Below, one piece after another: positions 8,791 to 18,407 of a stretch of DNA of 64,000 nucleotides (position 1 is the stretch's first letter; each line of letters starts with the position of its first letter). The translations under genes and the position numbers were made by a program. The notes under the pieces were generated by a model. The model saw only the letters and a list, made by a program, of their open reading frames with translations. It searched no databases and was not told where the DNA came from. Source of the DNA: Thermoplasmata archaeon (GTDB lineage Archaea > Thermoplasmatota > Thermoplasmata > Halarchaeoplasmatales > Halarchaeoplasmataceae). The stretch spans positions 8,045 to 72,044 of the forward strand of contig JBKHFH010000001.1 of assembly GCA_046540335.1 (NCBI GenBank), read 5' to 3'.

Positions 8791-10346
8791 GAGGTGATGG
8801 ATGAAAGTGTTAGTAAAGATTTTAAAGAAGTTGAATCTGAGGCTACAGAAATCCAGGATTGGCACGACTTAGACGAGATAAGAGATGACTTAAGCAGCGA
8901 CTACGTTCTAGTTGACGAACTTGATGAAATACAGATGGTTATGAGGACTACAATGCTCAAAGAGAAGATCATGAAGTAGTATATTTTGCAGGATCAGACG
9001 AACACTGGAAAGACGGCGATACTATAGAAATAGAATATGGTGAAGATGAATATGATTCTGTTCTATCAGTCGAAGATGAAGAGGGCAACCCGATCAGTTA
9101 TACGGTAGAGCATCCTACAATAACAATAGAGGTGGACACCAGAGAAAGCCGTTTAGGTGTAAACTTCGAGAACGCCGTCGTAGGTTGGGAACCGATAGGG
9201 AACGATGAGAATCCATTTAACGGTACTTTCGACGGTAACGGTCATGATATAAGTGATTTAAATATAAAACGCGGTGGAACGTCCGGTATCGGAATATTTG
9301 GTTTTACCGGTCAAGAAGTTGAAATCAGAGATATCGGTCTTGTCGACTTAGAGGTGAAAGGATTAGGATACGTAGGTGGACTCGTGGGCTATAACAAGGG
9401 CAATATTTCCGATTCCTATGTAACAGGTGAGGTGAGCGGAGTTAGTTCTGTAGGCGGATTAGTTGGACTAAGCTTAGAAGGCGAGGTGAAGACCTCATAT
9501 GCGACAACTGATGTGAGCGGTATGGAGGGAATTCATGTAGGAGGACTCGTGGGACTAAGCCATAGTACGGTAAACGCATCGTATGCGACCGGTGACGTTA
9601 GTGGAGAGGGTCATTTAGGAGGACTCGTGGGACTAAGCCATAGTACGATATACGGATCGTATGCGACCGGTGATATTAACGGTGAAGAAAATGTGGGAGA
9701 ACTTGTAGGAAATAATGCAGGAATCTCGAAAGATTCTATTGAGAATTCCTATGCGACTGGTAACGTTAACGGTGAAGAATTTGTAGGAGGTCTCGTTGGA
9801 CATAACAAAGCTAACATTGAGAATTCGTATGCATCTGGGGACGTTAACGGCGAAAAATTTGTAGGAGGATTAGTAGGATTAAATTCTGCTGGACCTGGCC
9901 CAGGTTACCCTGATATGCCTTTTCCTTCAACTGTCAAAACGTCTTATGCGTCCGGTGAAGTGACCGGTGAAGAAAATGTGGGAGGACTAGTCGGATTGAG
10001 CGAGTCAGGCAATGTCACCCATTCTTACTGGGATATCGAAACTTCTGGAATTGAGGAGAGCGACGGTGGAACAGGCCTAACAACGGATGTGATGACAGGT
10101 GAAGAAGCTCCTAAAAACATGGACGGTTTTGACTTCGAAGAGGTCTGGGAGACTGTTGGGGAGGATGATGAAGATGCTGAAGAGAACGGCTATCCTATCT
10201 TACAGGAGTTGGACAGAGAAGAACAGCTCGAGGCTCAAAATATTTATGGAGATGATGACGGGATCCCAGGATTCACATCGTTACTCCTCTTAGTAGCTTC
10301 GATCATCGCAGTAGCTATCTACCAGAAGAAAAGTAAAAAGCGGTGA
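8716..10346 (+). pseudogene. Paralogous GLUG-repeat / PGF-CTERM surface protein without an M14 domain. Disrupted by a frameshift near 8930-8980: frame-1 ORF 8707-8979 carries the signal peptide, and the frame-0 ORF opens at 8928
   Basis: Identical signal peptide. N-terminal piece IQDWHDLDEIRDDLSSDYVLVDELD parallels IENSHHLQKMEDNLEAHYELATDIDAS of the paralog. The downstream frame carries WEPIGNDENPFNGTFDGNG, about 10 GGLVG repeats, and the C-terminus GIPGFTSLLLLVASIIAVAIYQKKSKKR. Confidence 0.65.
9540..9695 (+). repeat. Intragenic tandem duplication (2 x 78 nt = 2 x 26 aa GLUG units, near identical)
   Basis: ggaggactcgtgggactaagccatagtacg... occurs at 9540 and again at 9618 with few substitutions. 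Confidence 0.7.
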
Positions 10347-10489
10347 AAAGGATAGATACAACTGCTGCAACGAGAGATTAAAAAAACCCATTTCCTACTT
10401 CATTTTTTCTTATCAAAATGATGATTGAGTGAAATAGAGGATTTATTGTACAGAGATGATTTGAACAGTGGATTTGTATACAAATAGGC

Positions 10490-10511
10490 GTTAAATTCCC
10501 ATCCCTCGCAT
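10490..10511 (+). repeat. Degenerate direct repeat of the tRNA-Leu 3' end (17 of 22 nt, core cccNtccctcgcat). Candidate right boundary (attR-like) of the island
   Basis: gttaaattcccatccctcgcat at 10490-10511 versus ggttcgaatcccttccctcgcat at 2780-2802. Confidence 0.35.
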
Positions 10512-10590
10512 CTTTATTCTCTAATATTTTCTTAAAAGTATCCATAAGATAACCACCGAATCTTTAAGTATCCCAATATATAGCGGAACG

Positions 10591-11759
10591 ATGAAGAAAG
10601 TAAAACAGAAAACGGTAGCTCCAGCTTTCATATCTTTAGCTTGGTTGATCATATTTATCGGTAGATTGACTGGGCCCACCCTGTTAGTTGATATCGAGGA
10701 AAGTTTGAGTATCTCAGATGCTGAAGCAGGTATTGCCCTCTCAGCGATGTGGTTCCTCTATGGCGTCATGCAGTTCCCTGGAGGTGCTCTTTCAGACTCC
10801 TTCGGCAGGAAAAAAATCATCCTAGTTTCCATAGCTTCGTTCGGAGTAGCATCGATTCTTATAGGTACTACTCTTAACTACATAATGATGATAGTGACTT
10901 TCTCTCTACTAGGATTGGCGTTCCGGTCTTTTCCCCTCACCTAGCTTGACCATGTTATCTGAACTCTATAGAGATAAGAAGGGCAAGGCTTTAGGTATAA
11001 GATCGGGATTCGGCAGCCTTTCTGGTTTAGCTCCTATGGGTCTCCCTGTTCTGGCTTTTATGATAGGTTGGAGGAATATCTTTCTTTTCTACTCGGTAGT
11101 AGCGTTAGCTATAGGATATCTATTTTACGTTTTTGTTGAAGAGACTTTAGATGAACTCAAAAAGAGGTCCGGTCTCACCCAACTGAAGATGGGCCTCCGT
11201 TCCCTAACAGAAAAAAGAGACTTCTTTCATGTTCCTCATAAATCTGATCGTTTCATTTGCATGGATAGGGATGCTTTCCTGGTTCCCAACATATATACAG
11301 AAAAGCAAAGGCTTCAGTCCGGAGATAGCAGGAATACTTTTCTCTATAATATTATTAGGAGTAACAATTTTAAAACCGATCTTAGGGCACTTTTCCGATA
11401 GAGTGAATAAACTGTTCTTGATCCTTTTTCTGCTCATCACCGCCTCTATTTCGCTCTATCTTCTGACGATAACTGAAGGTCTCTTCTCATTAGGTATAAT
11501 CGCTTTCTTATTTTCACAGACAGGGGCTTTCTATCCGATAAGGACGTCCTATCTGACTGAAAAGTGGTACTCCAAGAACACTGGAACAAAACTGGGCGTC
11601 TTCAGATCTGGCATCATCTTGCTGGGTAGTCCGATCTCTGCGGTGATAGGATGGACTAAAACCATCTATAGTTTCGATACAGCGATTTTTCTCGTAGCTG
11701 GACTTTTATCTTTAGCCGCGGTACTGGTCCTAGGGAAGTTGATAATAGGGAGAAGATAG
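10591..11759 (+). pseudogene. MFS transporter gene disrupted by two frameshifts (three consecutive ORFs in three frames)
   Basis: ORFs 10591-10944, 10946-11401 and 11229-11759 together give about 390 aa of 12-TM MFS protein (GALSDSFGRKK motif). Confidence 0.65.
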
Positions 11760-11828
11760 ATCAAACTTAGATAACTTGTTCTAATTAACAAAAAAGATTT
11801 GTAGAATAGACTCTTTTCAAATGATAAT

Positions 11829-12581
11829 ATGATGGGAAGATTGGATAATAAAAAAGCTCTTATCACTGGTTCTTCAAGAGGTATAGGAAGAGCTATAGCA
11901 AAAAAGTTCGCAGAAGAAGGAGCTAAAGTAGGATTGAATTATCATTCTAGCGATGAGAAAGCACGTGAAGTTCTAGACTATGTCAATGATCATTCAGGTG
12001 GTCTGCTTCTCAAAGGGGATGTGAGTGAAAAAAGCGATTGTGAACGGATCGTACGGGAATTTGTAGATGAGTATGATGGCTTAGATATCCTTGTCAATAA
12101 TGCTGGGATACTAAAGTTAAAGAATTTAGAAAACTCTACTATCGAAACGTTCGATCGAACTATAGACGTCAATGTAAGAGGTCCGTTCATGATGTCTAAA
12201 TATTCCTTGGAACACCTAAAAGATTCAAACTCGGGCAGGATAATCAATATGTCATCTCATTGGGCATTCAGAGGTTCCGATCAGGCTACATCTTACGTTG
12301 TTAGTAAAACAGCACTCATCGGCTTGACCAGGGCTTTAGCTCTAGAGCTAGGACCGAAAGGTATAACTGTCAATGGTATCGCTCCTGGAACGATAGAGAC
12401 TGATATGGTCTCCGATCGCTACTCAAAAGAGGAAAAGAAGACCAGGATCAAAGAGATACCAGTTAAAAGACTTGGAAAACCAGAGGATATCGCAGATACC
12501 GCTCTCTTTTTAGCATCGGATGAAGGAGATTATGTCAACGGAGAGATCATAGGTGTCAACGGCGGGGTAACTATCCATTGA
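11829..12581 (+). CDS. Short-chain dehydrogenase/reductase, FabG-like
   Basis: TGSSRGIGRAIA cofactor motif, NNAG, and a catalytic S...YxxxK motif (YVVSK). Confidence 0.85.
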   Translation: MMGRLDNKKALITGSSRGIGRAIAKKFAEEGAKVGLNYHSSDEKAREVLDYVNDHSGGLLLKGDVSEKSDCERIVREFVDEYDGLDILVNNAGILKLKNLENSTIETFDRTIDVNVRGPFMMSKYSLEHLKDSNSGRIINMSSHWAFRGSDQATSYVVSKTALIGLTRALALELGPKGITVNGIAPGTIETDMVSDRYSKEEKKTRIKEIPVKRLGKPEDIADTALFLASDEGDYVNGEIIGVNGGVTIH

Positions 12582-12600
12582 AGTGAATTGATAAAAGCAG

Positions 12601-12685
12601 CGCCGAGAAGGGGATTCGAACCCCTGTGGTGCAAGGCACCACGAGATCTCCAATCTCGCGCCGTACCAGGCTAGGCTATCTCGGC
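12601..12685 (-). tRNA. tRNA-Ser (anticodon GGA), class II
   Basis: Minus strand reads GCCGAGATAGCCTAGCCTGGTA...CGAGA-TTGGAGA-TCTCG, then a long variable arm TGGTGCCTTGCACCACA, T-arm GGGGTTCGAATCCCC, and acceptor TCTCGGC. Confidence 0.85.
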
Positions 12686-12716
12686 ATTGCGTTGTGAACT
12701 TATGTGTATGTATTTA

Positions 12717-12788
12717 GCCGTACCAGGCTATTCTTCGGGATACCGAAGAACGAGTGGAATCCAAGATTCCGCGCTGGGCTATCTCGGC
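12717..12788 (-). repeat. Partial duplicate of tRNA-Ser nt 1-26 lying upstream of the gene, split between nt 12 and 13 by a 46-nt insert that forms two perfect hairpins
   Basis: Minus strand reads aatGCCGAGATAGCC, then CAGCGCGGAATCTTGGATTCCACTCGTTCTTCGGTATCCCGAAGAA, then TAGCCTGGTACGGC. The 3-nt upstream context (aat) is also duplicated. Confidence 0.6.
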
Positions 12789-12834
12789 ATTTTAGTTGCC
12801 ACTCAGAATAATCTAACGATAACTGATATATAAT

Positions 12835-13779
12835 TTATTTCCATCTTTTAGGGTAGTCACCAGATGGTGCGAAGACCCTTTCACTCTCAAACACTAATCC
12901 CTCTTCCATATCCAGGATCTCCCCGGCATCATATAGTGCCTCTCCTATAGCGACCCCCTCATCTTTAGCCGATATCACCGCTACTGTATCTCCTCCATGG
13001 AAATCGTCCATCTCCAAAATTCCAGGAACTGCAAGATCAGCTCCATTCAATACTGCTCCTGCCGCAGTATCTTTTATCCTGATCTTTGGGAATATGTCAA
13101 GAGCCTTTTCGTAGGGCAGCAGTACTCTTCTCAACGCTTCTTCATCTCCATCTTTGTAATATTCGTAGGCATCTCTGAGATCGTGAAGCGTTATCATATC
13201 ATCTTCAGTGAATCCACCCGCTTCCATCCTTCTCAACTGCATCATCTGGCCCCCGGGACCCATAGTTTTGCCCAGATCTTTACAGAGCGTTCGTATATAG
13301 GTCCCTGATTCACACCGGACTCTCAACAATACCTCCCTCCCGCTAACATCCAATCTTTCTATTTGATGTATAGTCCTTTCTCTTCTTTCTCTCTTCACGC
13401 CTGCCCGCACCGGAGGCATCTGATATATGGTCCCTTCGAATTCTTCTAGTATATCATCCAATCTTCCGACTTCTATTTTCCCGTAAAATCTCATAGCTGC
13501 GACGTACTCTTTAGGAGCATTATGAAGCAGATCCATCAATCTGACCGACATCCCCATACCCATCGGGAGCACACCAGTAGCATTTGGGTCTAGAGTTCCG
13601 CTGTGAGCGGTTTTTTCGTCGAACAGTTCTCTAACCCATGCGGAGACCTGATGGCTCGTAGGACCCTCGGGTTTATCTAACACCACCATAGATCTTGGGA
13701 TCATATCTTCTAAAGTTCTTTTTTCAGGTCTTTCCCCCCACTTTGAGACCGTGTTCACTTTCCTCCTAACATATCTCAT
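12835..13779 (-). CDS. cbf5: H/ACA RNP pseudouridine synthase Cbf5 (TruB family with PUA domain)
   Basis: LDKPEGPTSHQVSAWV and GTLDPNATGVLPMGMG motifs, PUA-like C-terminus. Conserved position near cmk and SecY. Confidence 0.88.
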   Translation of the reverse strand: MRYVRRKVNTVSKWGERPEKRTLEDMIPRSMVVLDKPEGPTSHQVSAWVRELFDEKTAHSGTLDPNATGVLPMGMGMSVRLMDLLHNAPKEYVAAMRFYGKIEVGRLDDILEEFEGTIYQMPPVRAGVKRERRERTIHQIERLDVSGREVLLRVRCESGTYIRTLCKDLGKTMGPGGQMMQLRRMEAGGFTEDDMITLHDLRDAYEYYKDGDEEALRRVLLPYEKALDIFPKIRIKDTAAGAVLNGADLAVPGILEMDDFHGGDTVAVISAKDEGVAIGEALYDAGEILDMEEGLVFESERVFAPSGDYPKRWK

Positions 13780-14299
13780 CTCCGATCCTCTCTATTATCT
13801 TATCTACTATCTCATCTGGATTGTGTTCGTGCGAGTCTATCAACATATCGTATACCGAAGTGTCTTTTAGATCTATGTCATAATATTCCAAATATCTTTT
13901 TCTCTCACTTCTCTCCCGCTTTTTGACTCTTTTCTTTACTTCCTCTTCACTATTTTCCTCCTCCCGTTCTGCTATCCTTTCGACTCTCACATCTAATGGT
14001 GCCTCTAACCATACTTTGAATGCGTCTTTATCAGAGCGAGAGAGCAAATGACCGGTCAACCTTGCTTCTAAAATTTTACCTTCCTCTGCCTTTTCTAACA
14101 TCCTTTCATCTACACTTCTATCGATCTCTTCGTCCCTTTCAGCTAATTCACTGAACTCTTCTAGATCCATGTCTCTCTCTTGAGCCATCTCCCGGAAAAC
14201 CTCTCCCGATGAGATGACCTCCATGCTTGTTCTTTCTGCTAAAAGCCTAGAAGCAGTGGTTGTTCCGCTCCCGGGAAGGCCGCTTATAGTGATTATTAT
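13766..14299 (-). CDS. cmk: Cytidylate (CMP) kinase, archaeal type. The P-loop lies upstream of the first ATG and the start codon is apparently non-canonical
   Basis: The ORF track starts at ATG 14224, but the same frame is open upstream and encodes EDIIITISGLPGSGTTTASRLLAERTS (the archaeal Cmk P-loop). There is no ATG/GTG/TTG between the upstream stop (about 14346) and the P-loop. Confidence 0.7.
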   Translation of the reverse strand: MIITISGLPGSGTTTASRLLAERTSMEVISSGEVFREMAQERDMDLEEFSELAERDEEIDRSVDERMLEKAEEGKILEARLTGHLLSRSDKDAFKVWLEAPLDVRVERIAEREEENSEEEVKKRVKKRERSERKRYLEYYDIDLKDTSVYDMLIDSHEHNPDEIVDKIIERIGDEIC

Positions 14300-14322
14300 A
14301 TCCTCAAAGATATTGTTTGATT

Positions 14323-15195
14323 TTAAGGTTCCTCCTCCTTGAGACGTTTTTTAAAGTCATACATCTTCAATACGACCATAAGGACTTGGGTCAGAGGTAG
14401 TGAAACCAGCATGTAAACACCTATCCACTGTGGAAATGGCATGAAGCACCAATCGAGTAACGGTTTTGTGAAATTAGCGTTAAAAGCCCACGGCACCGAG
14501 AAAGTTTGGTTCGCAAGTCCTCCTATGAATTGCCAGATCCAACCGAATATTATTAGGATCACGAACATAGTGACCGCCATAGCTTTTAACTGAGGCTTGA
14601 AACTCTTCATCGACATCTCGTTCATTTCTTCCTGCCGCTTCTCCAGCTTTTTCACTCTGCTTTGCTTGTTGGACCTCTTCGCCTCCATAAGCTCCTTCCT
14701 GAATTTACTGCTTATCTTTTGGCTTTCGGCCATCTCGACCCAGTCCATCAACTGGTCTCTGATTACAGTAGAGAAAGTGATCATTATCGAACCTGCGAGC
14801 ATCAATGTCAATATCGGATACTGTCCGTCAAAGCCAATTATTGGGTAGAGTATAAATCCAAGAGCTTCGCCAAGATCGTTCCTTAAGTCCGGTTGGAGCA
14901 TTATCAAGAATGCTGACAGTCCGAGAAATATGTAAATAAATCTTTTCAGACTGAATAAGGGTTTTGTTGAGGTGGCCTCTTCCGTTTCATCTTCCTCTTC
15001 ATCGATTTCCTCCTCCTCTTCTTCTTCTAGTTCTTCATCCAATCGGTCTCTCTTCTCGCTTTTTTCCTCAACGATCTCTTCTAATTCCTCTTCTGAGACG
15101 TCATCCTCTTTGTTTTTATATCTCGAGACTATCTCGTTGTAGAGATCTTCGGATATTTCTCCTTCAGCTAGTCTTTCGTCTAATTTCCTCAACAA
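14323..15195 (-). CDS. DUF106-family membrane protein (archaeal YidC/Oxa1/EMC3-like insertase) with an acidic N-terminal extension
   Basis: Three TM segments with a coiled charged loop (KFRKELMEAKRSNKQSRVKKLEKRQEEM). Canonical position between secY and cmk. Confidence 0.7.
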   Translation of the reverse strand: MLRKLDERLAEGEISEDLYNEIVSRYKNKEDDVSEEELEEIVEEKSEKRDRLDEELEEEEEEEIDEEEDETEEATSTKPLFSLKRFIYIFLGLSAFLIMLQPDLRNDLGEALGFILYPIIGFDGQYPILTLMLAGSIMITFSTVIRDQLMDWVEMAESQKISSKFRKELMEAKRSNKQSRVKKLEKRQEEMNEMSMKSFKPQLKAMAVTMFVILIIFGWIWQFIGGLANQTFSVPWAFNANFTKPLLDWCFMPFPQWIGVYMLVSLPLTQVLMVVLKMYDFKKRLKEEEP

Positions 15196-15239
15196 CTCTT
15201 TATCTTCGGTGATAATACAACACCTCTCAAATTTTATAT

Positions 15240-16820
15240 CTACTGGTTCCCAAAGAAGTCTCTTAGCATCGGATGCATCTCCATCATCTGTTCTTTTCCG
15301 ATCTCTTCGTACAGCTCTGTGAGTACGGAAACTGCTAGAAAAAGACTGATACCGGTCGCTCCGCCTACCGAACCGAGCAGAGTTGAACCAGCTCCCACGA
15401 TCCCTATGAAAAGGCCGCTGAAGATAGTGACCGTAGGGATGTATCTTTTCAACACTCTCCTCAAAACCCGTGGATCTCTCCTGAAACCAGGGATCTGCAT
15501 ACCGCTGTCCTGTATCTGGTCCGCCACGGACTCTGCGTCCATGTTAGTAGTCTGCACCCAGAATTTAGCGAATAGTACACAAGTTATCGCCATGAATAAC
15601 ATGTGTAATATAACTCTAGCTATTACAGACAGTTTGGAATGACTCCAGGAAACACCCTCTGGAGATAGAGCTGTCTCGTATTTAGGGGATATGAGTGGTA
15701 ATAACCATTCCTGAATTCCTTCTGGTGCGTTCAGATACCAGACCGCACCGCTGATGGGATCTGTAGAACCTTGTTGGTAGACCCCGAGCCAGTCTTGTCC
15801 TCCAAGCAGCGGGAAGTTTTGGAACGTAGGATTTGTATAGAACAGCATCGAGAACAGATTTATGTTGGCTAAGAGAGCGTGAGCTAAAATGATAGGAATA
15901 ACAGAAGCATATATCAACTTGATCGGATAGCGTCCTCTCGCTCCTCTAGCTCTACCGTGCGCTAATGGAAGCTCTATCCTGCTGCCCTGTATATATGCTA
16001 CGATCAATAATATTAATATAGTGAAGATAAGCCCCATGACAGGATTTGGAGGACCGATTATCAACCCTTCAAGCTCCCCCTGCATCAGCTCAGAAGCTGA
16101 ATAATTTCGGATGGTATAGATCGTCCTGGGGATAGTTCCGGCTGGAGCGTTAGTTTCCATTTGAGGAGCTGACTCCCAGTTGAACAGACCGGTGAAGAGT
16201 CCTTCTGAGACGCCTGCGACAATAAACAGACTTATCCCGCTACCGACCCCCCATTTGGATACGACTTCATCCATCAAGAATAAGAAGTAACCACCTATGA
16301 AGAGTTGAAGTATTATCAGTATTCTAGCTACAAGAAGACCGTTTCCCGTGAAGTAAGTTCCAAGAGTAGATACGAAAGCATCGGCGGGAACGAGGTATCC
16401 GTAAACCTGTGGAACTGCTTGTACTATCAGCATTATTATTACCAAAAACTTCTGGGTGTTCTGGAAAAGAGCCTGATCTTTCTCGTCTTTCATGTCTAAA
16501 TCGACGATCTCTGCTCCCTGGAAGAGTTGCATAATAATTGAAGCATTAACGATCGGAGTGATACCTAGATGAACTATCGAACCCATCTCTCCAGCAAATA
16601 TAGCTCTGAATTGCTCAAATAGATCTATAGATTGATCTTGACTAAGACCATAAATCAGGACATTACTCATGAGGAAATAAAGTAAAAGGATAAGGATGAG
16701 CCAAATCATCTTTCGACGGAAATGGACGTGCCCCTCGGGTTGCTTGACCGAAGGCAAACGGTCTAAAACAGGTTTCAACTTGTATAAACGGCTCTTATCC
16801 TCTTCTGCCATATAGATCAC
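15240..16820 (-). CDS. secY: Preprotein translocase subunit SecY
   Basis: 10-TM SecY architecture. Follows L15 at the end of the ribosomal-protein cluster. Confidence 0.9.
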   Translation of the reverse strand: MIYMAEEDKSRLYKLKPVLDRLPSVKQPEGHVHFRRKMIWLILILLLYFLMSNVLIYGLSQDQSIDLFEQFRAIFAGEMGSIVHLGITPIVNASIIMQLFQGAEIVDLDMKDEKDQALFQNTQKFLVIIMLIVQAVPQVYGYLVPADAFVSTLGTYFTGNGLLVARILIILQLFIGGYFLFLMDEVVSKWGVGSGISLFIVAGVSEGLFTGLFNWESAPQMETNAPAGTIPRTIYTIRNYSASELMQGELEGLIIGPPNPVMGLIFTILILLIVAYIQGSRIELPLAHGRARGARGRYPIKLIYASVIPIILAHALLANINLFSMLFYTNPTFQNFPLLGGQDWLGVYQQGSTDPISGAVWYLNAPEGIQEWLLPLISPKYETALSPEGVSWSHSKLSVIARVILHMLFMAITCVLFAKFWVQTTNMDAESVADQIQDSGMQIPGFRRDPRVLRRVLKRYIPTVTIFSGLFIGIVGAGSTLLGSVGGATGISLFLAVSVLTELYEEIGKEQMMEMHPMLRDFFGNQ

Positions 16821-17254
16821 TTTTCAGAATTCTCGGTCAATTCTCCTCCAGCATCTTTAATCTTTTCCTTTGCTTTACTGCTTGAGTTAGGAACTTTGAT
16901 ATTCATCTCTTTGGTAGGTTTACCTTTACTCAATAACTTATCGAAACCAGCTTTTTCTAAATCTATCTCGTATCCAGAATCTTCCTCGCTGGCATAACCC
17001 AGCTCTATCAGATCTTCGAGCATCTCTTCGACCTGATATATATTTATGACTTCCTCCTCTTCTATCAAATTCTGGGGCCGGGTGAAACCTTTAGGACCGA
17101 AATAATCTGGCTCATCCTTTGCAAGGGATTTCCATTTGTGTTTACCAAGGCCAGCGTTTCCTCTACCGCCTCTTTCTCCGGCACCTCTGCCGTTCTTGAT
17201 ACCTCGGCCGTGTGATCGTGAACCTCGATTTTTCTTCTTTTTCTTTTTACCCAT
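16817..17254 (-). CDS. rpl15: 50S ribosomal protein L15 (uL15)
   Basis: Gly/Arg/Lys-rich N-terminus typical of L15. Confidence 0.88.
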   Translation of the reverse strand: MGKKKKKKNRGSRSHGRGIKNGRGAGERGGRGNAGLGKHKWKSLAKDEPDYFGPKGFTRPQNLIEEEEVINIYQVEEMLEDLIELGYASEEDSGYEIDLEKAGFDKLLSKGKPTKEMNIKVPNSSSKAKEKIKDAGGELTENSEK

Positions 17255-17259
17255 GAATA

Positions 17260-17742
17260 TCAGACTTCCTGATCGGTTCCTGAGTTCAACATCTTCTGGA
17301 TAAGCGAATTTATATCGCTTCCACGATAGCCCAATGCCCCACCCATGTTATAAGCTTTTTTGATACTTTGGTAACTTCCTTTGGGTGGATTCAGTCTAAA
17401 AACCCTGTCTAATCCTTCTATATCGCTTAGTAAAACCTTATCAGATGTAACGGCTATAGCGAACTGGTCTATTTTATCATATGATGTTCTCTCACTTATC
17501 TTTTCTTCGAGCTCATCCCTTGCCATCCCTGAACTTCGTTCGAGAAGACTGACCATAGTCTCTATATCGATCTCTCCCCAAGTTATCAGATCTTTGACTT
17601 TTTTTAACATCCCTTTGTATGTAGGACTTTCCGGGATAACAGTACAGTGATTCACCGAGTTCAATCTGAGCATCTCGAGAGTGTCCTTCGTCTTTTGAGT
17701 TTTATCTCTTGAACTTTTCAATCTAACGACAGCATAAGCCAT
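17260..17742 (-). CDS. rpl30: 50S ribosomal protein L30 (uL30)
   Basis: MAYAVVRLKSS... archaeal L30 long form. Confidence 0.88.
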   Translation of the reverse strand: MAYAVVRLKSSRDKTQKTKDTLEMLRLNSVNHCTVIPESPTYKGMLKKVKDLITWGEIDIETMVSLLERSSGMARDELEEKISERTSYDKIDQFAIAVTSDKVLLSDIEGLDRVFRLNPPKGSYQSIKKAYNMGGALGYRGSDINSLIQKMLNSGTDQEV

Positions 17743-17744
17743 TA

Positions 17745-18407
17745 TCAGCCCTCCTGTTGTGAGACCTCTTCCTGGGCCCCTTCGATAATTCCCAGTTCCT
17801 CAGCCTGATCTTTTCTCACTCTCATCTCGGATGTCTTTTTCATAGCGTTGAACACAGCGAGAGCATAATTCACGGTCGTCCTCGTCTTCCCTTTCGAAAA
17901 GCCCCATACATCTCTTATTCCTGCTCTTTCTAGAATGGATTTAGCTGTGTCTCCTACAGCTAAACCTATACCGGAGGGAGCAGGTTTCAACTCGATCTCT
18001 ACAGAACCTGCTTGACCGCTCACTTCAAATGGTACGGTATGTGGTTCACCACAACCGCATTCCCAAGAACCGCATCCTCTTCTTATCCTTACCATATTGA
18101 GTTTGGCGTTGTTCATGCATTTGCGGATAGTGGGTCCGACTTCTTTACCTTTAGCGGTTCCAACACCGACATAACCGTCGTTATTGCCTATTACAGTCGT
18201 GACAGTGAATCTGACCCTTCGTCCTGAATCGGTCATCCTCTGGACCATATTCACATCGAGAACGTCGTCATCCAATTCAGGGAATAAAGCGTCGATTATC
18301 TCGGGTTCTTTGATCGGAAGTCTTGTCGCAAGAGCATCTTTCATGCTCGTGATCTCACCGCGTTTTACTTTCCTGCCCAATCTGGTCTTCGGCTCCCATC
18401 CATTCAT
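17745..18407 (-). CDS. rps5: 30S ribosomal protein S5 (uS5)
   Basis: S5 dsRBD and C-terminal domain (VGNNDGYVGVGTAKGKEV, GSVEIELKPAPSGIGL). Confidence 0.9.
   Translation of the reverse strand: MNGWEPKTRLGRKVKRGEITSMKDALATRLPIKEPEIIDALFPELDDDVLDVNMVQRMTDSGRRVRFTVTTVIGNNDGYVGVGTAKGKEVGPTIRKCMNNAKLNMVRIRRGCGSWECGCGEPHTVPFEVSGQAGSVEIELKPAPSGIGLAVGDTAKSILERAGIRDVWGFSKGKTRTTVNYALAVFNAMKKTSEMRVRKDQAEELGIIEGAQEEVSQQEG

Noticed and set aside
9300-10000. Regularly spaced nucleotide repeats that could be mistaken for a CRISPR array
   Set aside because: They are in-frame coding repeats (GLUG motif modules of 19-26 aa) inside a long ORF. Unit lengths vary and there are no unique spacers.
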